A stretch of 64,000 nucleotides of DNA from Oopsacas minuta (taxonomy: Eukaryota > Animalia > Porifera), in the NCBI GenBank assembly GCA_024704765.1, contig JAKMXF010000033.1, positions 496,001 through 560,000 on the forward strand. The letters are read 5' to 3'. The notes beneath the pieces are model-generated. The model was not told the DNA's origin. It made no database searches and worked only from the letters and a program-made list of their open reading frames with translations. Positions 36,375 to 46,836 of this stretch are shown in pieces. How positions within the stretch are numbered: the first letter of the stretch is position 1; the number at the start of each line of letters is the position of its first letter. Both the position numbers and the translations under genes were made by a program.

Positions 36375-39300
36375 TCAAATCCAGCATTTGAATCTGAAGA
36401 ACTGCACCAATCCAGGATCCTCTACATCTTTCCCATGCACTCCAGCGTATACTTGCATTAGAGCTTTGGTCTTGAATTTATCCTCCAATATTTTCACATA
36501 TTTCTCTAGCATTCCAATACCCATTATCTTGCCAAGATGAATCATATTAGGTACAAGTCTGACGTCATCATATTGACCCTCCTTCAATAGTATACGTACT
36601 ATCTCTCCGTAGAGATATGCATCATCAAATGTAGGGGTATCAGGGAATGGATATTTGAGGTATACATCTACTGCCTCAAGAGGACTATTCTTAATCAATA
36701 GATCAGCTAGTTCAATATAAGCATCATGTAGCCCGGGACAGAGCTCTATAGCTTGACTATACATACTCTTAGTCTCCTGTAGAGTATCAGAGTTATTCTG
36801 TCTACTCAATACTCTAGCTAGACCAAGGAATGGATGGTATGTCTTAGCATTGATGGGAGCTGTAGGTATTTCTTCAATTTTAATCTCTTCATTAGCTGGT
36901 TCAGTAGGTATAACAGTTACATGACTAGGGGCTGTAGCCTGGGGCTTAGCTGTACTTCCTGTTGTTTTTAGCTGTCCTAAAGTAGCAACATTCTTTACAC
37001 CAGGCTTGGATACAGGCTGTTGTTGTTTGTTTGTTGTTGTTTTCGTCTGTGTAGGAACTGGCTTAGTGGCGCCAGCTGATGGCTTAATAGGAACCTTTGT
37101 AGAAGCTTTTGGTCCAGGACGAGGAACCCCAGTTGTTGTCTTACTACTTACTGACCCTGCCCCTCTCCCAACAGCTGGTTTAACCAGTCCTATAGTAGAT
37201 TTGCCAGCTGATACAGACTTAGATTGTAGTTTAGCTGCTTCTTCCTTCTTCCTATCTACCCACCAATCCTGCTTCTCTAGGAAGGAGGGAGGCTCCTTGT
37301 TACCAAAAGACTTACCAATACACTCCAAAGCAGCCCTGAAGCTTAATTCAGCTTGACTAAGTAACGCTGTCTGTCTGTCTGTATCTGTATCAGATTTTCC
37401 TAGCTGAGCATCTCCTAACATTCCCAATACTTGAGTACTACAGGGCCTCATTATAGCTGCTTGCTGGCTAGTCTTAAGCTTAATATCAGCTAGAGATGAG
37501 CTAGCTTCTAATCCACATACACTCAACAACCCAGTCAACTGCTGACATCTCATAAACACTGTATCTCTAGCAGCATTGCTCTGAATTAGAGAATTAAGTA
37601 ATAGAGAATGTGTTTCTAATAATGACCACATCATGCTAGTGTATGTCTCCTTCCTAGATAGAATACGTTGCATGGCTCTAGAGGCTAGATATGACCCCCA
37701 TAACAAGCAGGTCTCAGAGCTTGGAGCATCAGGAGTAGGAGAAGCAGACAGGTAGACAGATAGATCCATGCATGAACGGATTAGTGTAATGCTTGTATGC
37801 CAACAAGGGAATATATCACAGTGTAAGGAAGGGGGAGATAAGGGGGCAGGGAGAGGAGAGGAGCATTCACGGTCGGCCTCTGTAAGCAACACCTGTGTTA
37901 TACCCTCTATAACGAGACGGGCAGCCTGTTTCAGAAGGTCAACAGGTCCAGCTCTAAGCCAAGCTATTCCCAAACAGAACCGAGTCTCTTGATGTAACGG
38001 CTTAGCAGATAGAGCAGTCTGTAAATGTACTATAGCTGATTCTGCGTCCCCTAAATCAAGTAGCAGTCTACCTAGTCTAAACCTAGGCCCGTGTTCTCCT
38101 GGAGCTATTGATACAGCATCTGTGTATTTGATACGAGCTTTACCTAGAGGACCCTCATCAGAGAAACCAACCTTACTACCACCAGCTCTGTGACTGTGTT
38201 TACTCTTCCAACCATAAAGAGACTGTACATACTCAGCTTCTGACTGTTTACCGGACTCTTTCAGTGATTGATATTCTTGTTCTACTGCTTTAAGTTGTAG
38301 AGCTAGTGGTGCGTCAGGTCCTACCCCAATCTGTCTGCAAAGACCTTCAAACTCCTCCTGCTTACCACTCTCCACTGCCTCTTTAATCACACCAGCCCCC
38401 ACTCCCTCATCATCATCCTCATCTTCTACAGATTTAGCGATCGTACCCACTTTAAGTCCAAACACGTCCCCAGCATAGAATCGCTCCTCCATGACACGTC
38501 CAAGCCCCATATGTGCTTCCCAGCTCTTTGGCTTAGTCTTAACAGCACTAGCATACAAACTAGCAGCTAGCTGTATAGTTGCTAGAGGACTGCTACCAGC
38601 TGCGTATTTGTATGAGTCATTATATACAGTAGGTAGTGATTCTAAGTACAGCTGTTCCTGCTGTTTAGCAGCTGATATGAACTCAGATGATTCTGTATCT
38701 GTCAGGAAAGAACACAGCTGTTTCTGCCATGCTTGTACTTGTATGTTATGCTCCAGGCTCTTAGGGGGGTATTTAGAACTGCAAATATACAACTCGTGTA
38801 TTTCTATGTCTTGAGATGGAATCTTCTTGCTGCAAGACTTACAAATATCTGTCTGTTCAGACTTCAAACCTTCCCTTTTGCTCATCCATTTACTGGTGAG
38901 TTCTGACATGCAAACAGGTTCAGTAAGAGGAGAGATAGGACCTACTTTAGTACACGACAGTTTATTCTCTACATCAGTACAGTACTGTAGCCAATCTCCA
39001 GTCAGTGGAGTACCATCTATAGGATTCTCTTTATTAGTACGGGTAAGCAGTCTTATACACTCATAACAGAACTTGAATGCAGTACCAGCACTCAATGTAT
39101 TATAAGGTATATGAACTAGTGATAAGCAGAACGAGCAACGGGGTAATTGAGAGGATAACACTGCCAGTGTAGATATAATAATCGGTATCTCTTGTCTATA
39201 TACAGATATACTATACATCATCTTGCTATTACCATCAGGAGCTGTGCTTACAACCTGTATATTAGTTAGTCCCAGGTTTAGAGGAATAGGAGTTGAACTC

Positions 39301-39749
39301 AGAGCTATTACTGTCTTAGGATCAGGTGCTGTAGCTGACAGTTCTAACAGCTGACAGGCTGACGGCACGTGACACTCATAACTTGTGACGTCATGTGAGA
39401 ATCCCGGTACCAATGAGTACCCGCCTACAGCACAGAGAGAGGAGAGACTAGCATCACTAGAGGATAATCTCTTAAGATTTAGAGAGTATAATTTCTTAGT
39501 GGTACCGTCATCTGCTACTACTTCTACCTTAATTAGTGAGGTTACACCCTCGGTTAGAGTGACCGATTTGCCTTCTACACCCTGTCCGGTGATTGAATAG
39601 GAAGCTGCTGCATCTCTAGCACGGAGCGATAGAGCTACACTCTGTACTCGACTATCTAGAGTAGAGGAATACTCTAATACATCTTGATGGAAAGAGGGGG
39701 AGAGAGAGCCAGGGGTAATGCTCAGCTGTTCTAGATTGCAGTCATCCAT
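36375..39749 (-). CDS. Uncharacterised 1124-aa protein with two cadherin-like beta-sandwich repeats, Cys/His zinc-finger-like motifs and TPR-like repeats; intronless
   Basis: Two repeats, LEQLSITPGSLSPSFHQDVLEYS and LSSLCAVGGYSLVPGFSHDVTSYEC. Cys motifs CSFCLSLVHIPY...FCYECI and CKSCSKKIPSQDIEIHELYIC. TPR-like helices WEAHMGLGRV, RFRLGRLL and YHPFLGLARV. Confidence 0.85.
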   Translation of the reverse strand: MDDCNLEQLSITPGSLSPSFHQDVLEYSSTLDSRVQSVALSLRARDAAASYSITGQGVEGKSVTLTEGVTSLIKVEVVADDGTTKKLYSLNLKRLSSSDASLSSLCAVGGYSLVPGFSHDVTSYECHVPSACQLLELSATAPDPKTVIALSSTPIPLNLGLTNIQVVSTAPDGNSKMMYSISVYRQEIPIIISTLAVLSSQLPRCSFCLSLVHIPYNTLSAGTAFKFCYECIRLLTRTNKENPIDGTPLTGDWLQYCTDVENKLSCTKVGPISPLTEPVCMSELTSKWMSKREGLKSEQTDICKSCSKKIPSQDIEIHELYICSSKYPPKSLEHNIQVQAWQKQLCSFLTDTESSEFISAAKQQEQLYLESLPTVYNDSYKYAAGSSPLATIQLAASLYASAVKTKPKSWEAHMGLGRVMEERFYAGDVFGLKVGTIAKSVEDEDDDEGVGAGVIKEAVESGKQEEFEGLCRQIGVGPDAPLALQLKAVEQEYQSLKESGKQSEAEYVQSLYGWKSKHSHRAGGSKVGFSDEGPLGKARIKYTDAVSIAPGEHGPRFRLGRLLLDLGDAESAIVHLQTALSAKPLHQETRFCLGIAWLRAGPVDLLKQAARLVIEGITQVLLTEADRECSSPLPAPLSPPSLHCDIFPCWHTSITLIRSCMDLSVYLSASPTPDAPSSETCLLWGSYLASRAMQRILSRKETYTSMMWSLLETHSLLLNSLIQSNAARDTVFMRCQQLTGLLSVCGLEASSSLADIKLKTSQQAAIMRPCSTQVLGMLGDAQLGKSDTDTDRQTALLSQAELSFRAALECIGKSFGNKEPPSFLEKQDWWVDRKKEEAAKLQSKSVSAGKSTIGLVKPAVGRGAGSVSSKTTTGVPRPGPKASTKVPIKPSAGATKPVPTQTKTTTNKQQQPVSKPGVKNVATLGQLKTTGSTAKPQATAPSHVTVIPTEPANEEIKIEEIPTAPINAKTYHPFLGLARVLSRQNNSDTLQETKSMYSQAIELCPGLHDAYIELADLLIKNSPLEAVDVYLKYPFPDTPTFDDAYLYGEIVRILLKEGQYDDVRLVPNMIHLGKIMGIGMLEKYVKILEDKFKTKALMQVYAGVHGKDVEDPGLVQFFRFKCWI

Positions 39750-39779
39750 ATTCTAGTCTTACTTACATATACATTAGTA

Positions 39780-39881
39780 TAGTCAACTCCCGTTATATCG
39801 AAACTCAAGGGAACGCGATAATTCCTTCGATATAAGCAGGTATTTCGATATATCCGTATTCGATATAATGGGAGTTAACTG
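39780..39881 (+). mobile_element. pogo-type MITE family 1, internally deleted (about 102 bp)
   Basis: AGTCAACTCCCGTTATATCGAA ... TTCGATATAATGGGAGTTAACTG|TA. Confidence 0.88.
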
Positions 39882-40032
39882 TATTGTTGATAACATATTG
39901 CATGATATATAGACCTGTTTATTGAATTCATTGTGTTGGCATTCTGCAAAAGATAATCACAAATACAAATATAAAATTTACGAATTTGCATGAAAAAATA
40001 TTCTGATTGAAAATGAAAAACCACTAAACTAT

Positions 40033-41782
40033 TCAAAAATTCATCACACACTTGAAAAAGGTTAACACCATAACTAGCATATGAAATACTACCCATGATA
40101 TGGGTACAGCATATGATACAGACATCAGAGTGGGATCACAGCATGTACTTAATGTATAATTAACTGGAGGTATTACTAGAAGAGAAATAAAGTAAATCAG
40201 TATTGTTTAATTGTGTAGAATACACAGGTAAAGGAAATTAGAGGTACAGTCTACATCCGGTAACTAAAATGTCCATCCAATCGAACATTCGCTAACTCGA
40301 ACAGATTTCGATTTCCCCTGAGGGTTCGAGTTACCGGATGTAAACTGAATTTTCAATAAAAGGAGAGCTGATTGTTTAAATTCACAGAACTTACATATAA
40401 CAGTAGAGTATTCACAGGGAATAAGATCAGTTGTATTTAGAGTTATTGCAATAAATAGTCCTATCATTAACAGGCCAAATATATTAGGTGATTCAATCTC
40501 CTTAAAGACTCTATGAGGACGATCAATCTTATGGAGAATATAACAGAAAGATCTCATAAATGATTCACCAAGTACAACAGCTCCAAACGTTCCCAACAGA
40601 GGTTTAATAGCAGAATTTTGATCACATGGCAATAGAATAGCTACACGAGTATATATAATAGTTAAAATTTAATTGTATGGGATTTAGTGTAATATCGGTG
40701 TACCTGGTATTATTGCTATCCAAGGGGTGATAACAAACATTATAGTAGTGATTGCCAAGAAAACTAAATAAACATAGATATCTATAATATGAATGTAAAT
40801 TGAATATAAGAATAAACTGTCTGGCAGCGGATCCAACAAGGCACCCATATGATCTCAGAATTAGTATTGTACTCTATGGGAGTGGCTACAAATGTGTTAA
40901 AATTGGTATAAGGTCCATGGGTGAATAAGGTTAGGAACCACTGGTGTAAGGAGTAGTATTATATACCTGTAAAGAAACATAGATTCATATATCTAGCAAA
41001 ATTTTCGTTTACATTATCATTCTTGCGGAAAAAGTAACGGAAATGTCTGTCAGATATTTTACTCCAATAGTAGTTGGGGAAAAACTTAACTTCCTTTGCA
41101 TCTAAAAATGTATAGATAATGATCAGATAAATATACATACGTATATCTAAATACACGTTTGTTTGTTTGTTTGTTTGTTTGTACATCTTTGTATGTGGAA
41201 TAGTATTGTTTTCGTATCGTTAATTAGAATATTTATAATTGATCGAATTGAAGAAAATGGAATTGAACTTACTATCCAAATACTTGAGTTTCTTAAGACA
41301 TCCTAAGCCTGGAGTACAACAGGTAAAATTACCAGAACTCGGAACTAGTTCAGAACAGTCACAACTAGGACAAGATAGTCGTATTACAAACTCTCTCTTT
41401 CCTCTCTGTTCAAGATTGCGAGGGGTTACACCAACTGGAGCAATTCTAAAGACACAATCTACTAAACAGTATTAAATAAATGAATATAGAATATACTTAC
41501 ATATCATCTCCAGGATCATATTCAGGTCCTGTACGTTTAACGGGGCCTTTAGCTTCTAGCTCTTTAGCACTAGGTGGTTCCTGATCTTCTTTTAATCTAC
41601 TAAATCTGATAGCTCCATGAACATAGGGTGATATTGGTTGTAGAGCTATTGAAGTAGATTCAGTGGCTACGTCACCAATAACTTCATCATATGCAGGAGG
41701 GAAAATCTCTATATAAATGAAAATTTGTAACATATTAATCATAGAATAATACAATCATATACTTACCTCGATTGATAGCCAT
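40033..41782 (-). CDS. TMEM272-like multi-pass membrane protein, tandem paralog A
   Basis: Spliced translation MAINR|EIFPPAYDEV...|Cys-rich CPSCDC...CC...|...ITPWIAIIP|...CDQNSAIKPLLGTFGAVVL...|...TCCDPTLMSVSYAVPISW, stop at 40033-35. The family call rests on TM spacing and Cys pattern only. Confidence 0.7.
40247..40347. mobile_element. pogo-type MITE in the last intron of paralog A
   Basis: TA|CAGTCTACATCCGGTAACT paired with AGTTACCGGATGTAAACTG (19-bp TIR, one mismatch). Confidence 0.8.
40825..40943 (-). mobile_element. hAT-type MITE in an intron of paralog A
   Basis: Ends CAGCGG and GGAACCACTG. It is absent from the paralogous site at 43284-43291, which gives an empty-site comparison. Confidence 0.8.
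41157..41181. repeat. (GTTT)n microsatellite
   Basis: Direct inspection; the paralogous intron at 43486-43545 carries an expanded GTTT/ATCTGTTT version. Confidence 0.9.
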
Positions 41783-42098
41783 AATAAAGTGAAAGATTAG
41801 TTAAAAGCTAATGATAAATTGAATGTATGTTAACGTTTTATAAACATTAAAACTGGAAAATTTCGTCCTAGAGGTCACTGAGTGAACACATATAAACTAA
41901 TATATATGGAGTATAGTTGGGAACAGTAAACATAATAACAGAGTATATACGTATTACTATTAATCATACACACTACTCCAACTAGTGAGCTGTTCACCGT
42001 TATCAAGTGACTACAAGAGTAGGAATACTCTACCATGTTGGTGGAATGAAAGATAGATAGAGAGACATAGAGACGGGGGAATGCTTAGTCTTACTTAT

Positions 42099-42167
42099 TA
42101 GTAGAACTTCAGTTATCCGAAAACTTCAGTTAACCGTGCGCATGTTCGGATAACTGAAGTTCTACCG
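42099..42167. mobile_element. Very short (about 70 bp) palindromic pogo-type MITE
   Basis: GTAGAACTTCAGTTATCCGAA paired with TTCGGATAACTGAAGTTCTAC is a perfect 21-bp inverted repeat. Confidence 0.8.
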
Positions 42168-42335
42168 TATATAAAGTAACATAGACTTAATTAATGAATA
42201 ATAAATATATTTCGGTATGTTGTAATAATAAAATAACAACTATATGTATGATAATCAAATAATATATCACACTGGGTGTGTGCTACCGTTATGAAGAAGA
42301 AAATATTCTGATTGAAAGGGAAACTACGATGAAAT

Positions 42336-44301
42336 TTAAAAGTCAAAAACGAACTTGAGAGAAACTCCTAGCAAGACCAGTACCTGAAATACAATCCAGG
42401 ATATGGGTAGACCAAAAGCTACAGACATCAGAGTAGGATCACAGCATCGATCTACTGTATCGTTAACAGTTGGAGGTATAGGTGTCACTAGAAAACAGAT
42501 TAATTAAGAAATGCAGTGTGGGAGAGTTATGTAGAATAAACAAGTTAAAGGCCCTAACCCACACAAATTACAATATACAGCCGAACCTCGTTAATACGAA
42601 CACAAACGAATGGTCAAATTTGTTCGCTTTATCCTGAGATCTTATTAACCGGAGTAATACCAATTGAACAACCATTGTAGAGACCTGATTTTGTGGAAAT
42701 ATTAGTTCTTCTTATCCACAAATTCGTACTATCGAGGTTGCACTGTACCAACTTATTATACGTTAAGCACAACTTACAAGGAATAGTAGCGTTTTCACAG
42801 GAAGTAAGGTCAGCAATATTTACAAATATTGCAATAAATAGTCCTAGCATTATAAAAACCAATGCATTAGGTGATTCTAGTTCTTTTATAGCTCTAGGGG
42901 GACGATCAATCTTATGAAGAACATAACAGAAAGATCTCATAAATGATTCTGCAAGTAAAACAGCTCCCACAGTACCCAGCAGAGGTCTAATAGCAGCATT
43001 TTGATCACATTCCAAGAGAATAGCTACAAAAGTATATAGAGGATGCCGGTTATAAGAACACCGGTTATTAGAACAGATATTATTACTCCTAACAAGAGGG
43101 TTCCTATAACCGGAATCCATTGTATGTATTATAATAATAATAATAGTATTAGAGATAGTATAACATTGGTATACCTGGTATTATAGCTATCCAAGGAGTG
43201 ATGACAAACATTATAGTAGTGATTACAGTGAAAACTAAATATACATAGCTATAATATGAATCTAAATTGAATATAAGAATAAACTGTAAGAAGTAATATA
43301 CCTGTAAATATGAAAGAATTGAAATATTTAGCAAACGGCTCCTGTCCACTCTGATATTTTCGGAAAAAGTGACAAAAATGTCTGTCAGTTATTTTACTCC
43401 AATAGTAGTTGGGGAAAAGTTTACTTTCCGCTGCGCCTGAAATATGTATAGATAATGATTAGAGAGAATAAGTCTATGCATACTCGTTTGTTGTCTGTTT
43501 ATCTGTTTATCTGTTTATCTGTTTATTTGTTTGTTTGTTTGTTTGTAAGTTCGACATAAATAAGTCAGTTTCTATCAAATAATAAATGTGCAATATTTTT
43601 GTTTGAAGAAAGTGAAATCGTACTTACAATCACAATACTTAAGTCTTTTAAGACATCCTAACTCAGGAGCACAACAGGTTAAGTTTCCACTATGAGGAAG
43701 TAGCTTAGAACAGTCACAACTAGGACAAGTTAGTTTTATGACAAACTCTCTCTTCCCTCCTTGTTCGAGCTGTTCAATATTCAGAATACGAGGAGCTGCA
43801 GCAACTGGAGCAAGTCTAGAGAAGCAATATACTAAACAGTGATTATACAAAGCTAGAATATAGAAATAGGATTTTCTAATAAGCAACAGGTTGCAAACTT
43901 GAAATATACTTACATATCATCTTCAGGATCATATCCAGGTCTTGCAGCAGGAATAGGATTAGAGGAACCTAAATTCACATAAACGGGCATTTTTCGATTT
44001 TGTAAAAAATATTCTCGAATTTGGAAACTACTTAGAGTATTGTAGTACAGAGCTTACCTTTAGCCTCTTCTTGCTTAGCACTAGGGGGTTCAAGCAATAC
44101 ATCAAATCCAATAGGAGCTCCAGGAATGATCGGTGATACTGGTCCTATTGGTTGTACAGCGATTGGAGGAGCAGATGGAGTGATTACGTCAGCATCTCCT
44201 ATTACTTCATCATACGCAGGTGGGAGAACATCTAAATAATGACAATTTATAAACACGTCAATGAATAATATTATCATATACTACTTACCATCGTTAGCCA
44301 T
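42336..44301 (-). CDS. TMEM272-like multi-pass membrane protein, tandem paralog B
   Basis: MAND|DVLPPAYDEV...|LTCPSCDCSKLL...CCAPELGCLKRLKY|...ITPWIAIIP|...CDQNAAIRPLLGTVGAVLL...|...RCCDPTLMSVAFGLPISW, stop at 42336-38. Exons are colinear with paralog A. Confidence 0.7.
42578..42745 (+). mobile_element. pogo-type MITE family 2 in the last intron of paralog B
   Basis: TA|CAGCCGAACCTCGTTAATACGAA ... TTCGTACTATCGAGGTTGCACTG|TA. Confidence 0.85.
43037..43122. mobile_element. pogo-type MITE family 3 in an intron of paralog B
   Basis: GGATGCCGGTTATAAGAAC ... CCTATAACCGGAATCCATTG|TA; absent from the paralog A intron. Confidence 0.78.
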
Positions 44302-44428
44302 AAAATGATAGAGACAGCTAAATAGCTACTAATAATTGAACGTATGTGCTTATCGTTAGGTAAATATTAAAATAGAAAAATATCCAAAGAAGAAAAATAC
44401 CTATTTATAATACAAAGAATCAATACAA

Positions 44429-44468
44429 AATAAATAAATAAATAATAATAATAATAATAATAATAATA
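44429..44468. repeat. (AAAT)n/(AAT)n microsatellite
   Basis: Direct inspection; lies in the 188-bp gap between CCM2 and paralog B. Confidence 0.9.
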
Positions 44469-44489
44469 GAGTAGGTAGGTCATATGAGA

Positions 44490-46757
44490 TCACACAGTAC
44501 TCCCACTAGTGAGCTGTTTGCCATTCTTGACAGATATATCATGTTCTATAAAAATTATTCTAACAAATAATCAATAAATTAAATTTAGAAACCTAATAGA
44601 CTCTTACCTCTTGACCTAGTAGTATCTCCCTGTCCACATTCTACTAAGAAAGCTTCAAAGAATATTTTATCTTCTTCTGGAATGAAAGATCTCATATCTG
44701 TGAAATTTAGGGAAAAAACAACAAACAAATAAATCTTCATAATTATTCTACCTGGTAATAAGAAATATCTTTTCCTGCCGTATAGAGTAACAAGCTTATC
44801 ACAAAATTCGTTTATAGCCATACCAGACCTGTATTGTCTTAACAATAGAGCGAAATGCATTAGTTCATCAGGTGATAACAGACTGTGTAGCTATTGACAA
44901 TAAATATAGAAATACAAGAGATTAGGTACTTTTAGGATAACTAACTATGAACAATATCAAGGAGCAGGCTAAAGGGCTTAAAGACCTCAATTTTTGTATA
45001 AGAATTACCCAAGAAAACCACTCAAATGCTCGCAACGTTCAAGCTCAGCTCCGCCTTGAAAATCCTGGATCAGCCTCTGATATCGACAGTGTAATATTCA
45101 CAATAAGGACCCTGACTAATAAACTAAGTATACATTTACCCGCTCCATATATTGTTGTACAATCTCTTCAGCTACTACATTCAGGTCTTGATCTGCAGTA
45201 TCACCATGTTGAGATTTCTTATCTTCTGACTCCATTGGGATTACAGCTGATTCCATTGGAATAACAGCTGATTCATGATCAGGATTTATTGGCCTAATAA
45301 AGTGATAAATAATTCATAATATCCTGTAATTTACATTAATAAGAACAGCATACATTTCTACCCTATCATGTCCGTATAGCTTATCAACTGGATTAGCTTC
45401 CCTTCTCTCTCTAACAGGTTCTAGCACTGGAAAGAGAAAAAATTTGAATTGAAATAAATTGGTTTTAACCTTTAAGTACTGTAAATGATATTGTCAGAGA
45501 TATGGAAGTTCACTAGCATATCAAATTCTATTTAGCAAGTACTTTTATATAAATAGTATGATATATGTGTAATACGTTTTGTTACCTATGCTCTGTTTAA
45601 AAGATTCAAATCTAATCAATCTCGAAATAGGATAATTTGATATCATTAGGCTATAAGTATTCTACGTATAAATTGCTCTATATTCTGATATCTCATCAGA
45701 GGATGGGTTTCATACAAAACAATTATAGCTGAAATGAAGCTTCACACATAATACAGAATTAAGATTGAATATTACATACACGCTGGATGATCAGGTTTAT
45801 ACTCAGCACCTGCATCTATAGCATCATCTAGATGAGCCATAGTAGCTTCTGTATACACTAATTGAAATATCTGCTCTAATATTGTACAGATTTCCTCAGC
45901 CTCACTCTAACAGTAAAATTAATAAAGTAGCACCATAAACGGGAAAGTGAATGTGTATACTTGTAACAAACCATTTTATTGCAATTCATAATAACAAGAG
46001 AACATTCTTCCTTCTTGGAATCACCTATAGATTATGTTATGATGATAATAATAACGGGCTAAGGTATAAGGTAAGACTACAAATACCTCTCTTAATGACT
46101 AGTAAATGCTCATCATCATCTTTAATATAACTCATACCAGCTATCTCATGGATAGGTATTCTCATTATAACTGCCTTGAATAAGGAATAGGATAATATAT
46201 GAGTATGTTGTGTAAGGCATAGAGTCCGTTCAAACGTTACGTAACGCTACTAAGGGGTCCCATTGTCAAAAAGCGTGACACAGGGAGGGAGGACGAAATT
46301 AGGGAATTTTACGTTATGTATTATGTGTACCCCTTTCTGTGAGATGAGCTTGATATTGTAAGCTGATAGAGACATACTAGCTCTGTGTCTCGATTGAGCT
46401 CTCCATGGAATCTTCTTATTTTTCTAAAAAATTAAATCATAAACAAATAACCAGGAGTACAAGTAAACAAAATTACCCTAGCTTGATCAACAATAGGTAA
46501 AATAGCAATCCTATTAGAAATATCTACTGTAAGAGGAATATCAGATATCTCTCCCAGTACAAACAGATCTCTCCCTACATAACCCTCCAGTAAGTATTCA
46601 GGTTCTGTTAGGATTATGCTAGTTCTCATCTGAGGTTTGTATGCAGGGTCAATAGAACGAGGAAACTAGGGAATTAATAAGCAGGTATTTGATTAGGTTT
46701 ATATATTTATGAAGATCTTACTTGTCTTGATTGATTCTTTTGAGGTGAAGCACGCAT
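44490..46757 (-). CDS. CCM2: Cerebral cavernous malformation 2 (malcavernin) homolog, PTB + harmonin-homology domain, multi-exon; 5' end uncertain
   Basis: PTB exons SMSLSAYNIKL, MRIPIHEIAGMSYIKDDDEHLLVIK and EAEEICTILEQIFQLVYTEAT. HHD exons EEIVQQYMER|LHSLLSPDELMHFALLLRQYRSGMAINEFCDKLVTLYG...|MRSFIPEEDKIFFEAFL. Each closely parallels human CCM2. Confidence 0.9.
46221..46333 (-). mobile_element. PIF/Harbinger-type MITE, degenerate, in a CCM2 intron
   Basis: GTTCAAACGTTACGTAACGC end; the interior is the reverse complement of 46861-46905. Confidence 0.75.
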
Positions 46758-46836
46758 ATTTTGTAGGAAAGTTGAGCTAACTGAAATTAATAGATACGTC
46801 AATTATCCCTGTTTAGGTGCGAAAATTCGGTTATTA

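Noticed and set aside
37006-39600. Several plus-strand ORFs over the cadherin/TPR gene, and minus-strand ORFs over HYDIN, DNAI3, MRPL47 antisense frames and PGAM5 antisense frames
   Set aside because: They are antisense or alternate-frame shadows of long coding exons.
42629-43120. 163-aa ORF as a standalone gene
   Set aside because: It is one exon of paralog B read through two flanking MITEs; the true exon has GT-AG borders conserved in paralog A.
44947-45264. 105-aa plus-strand ORF
   Set aside because: It is antisense to a CCM2 exon and intron and has no recognisable motif.
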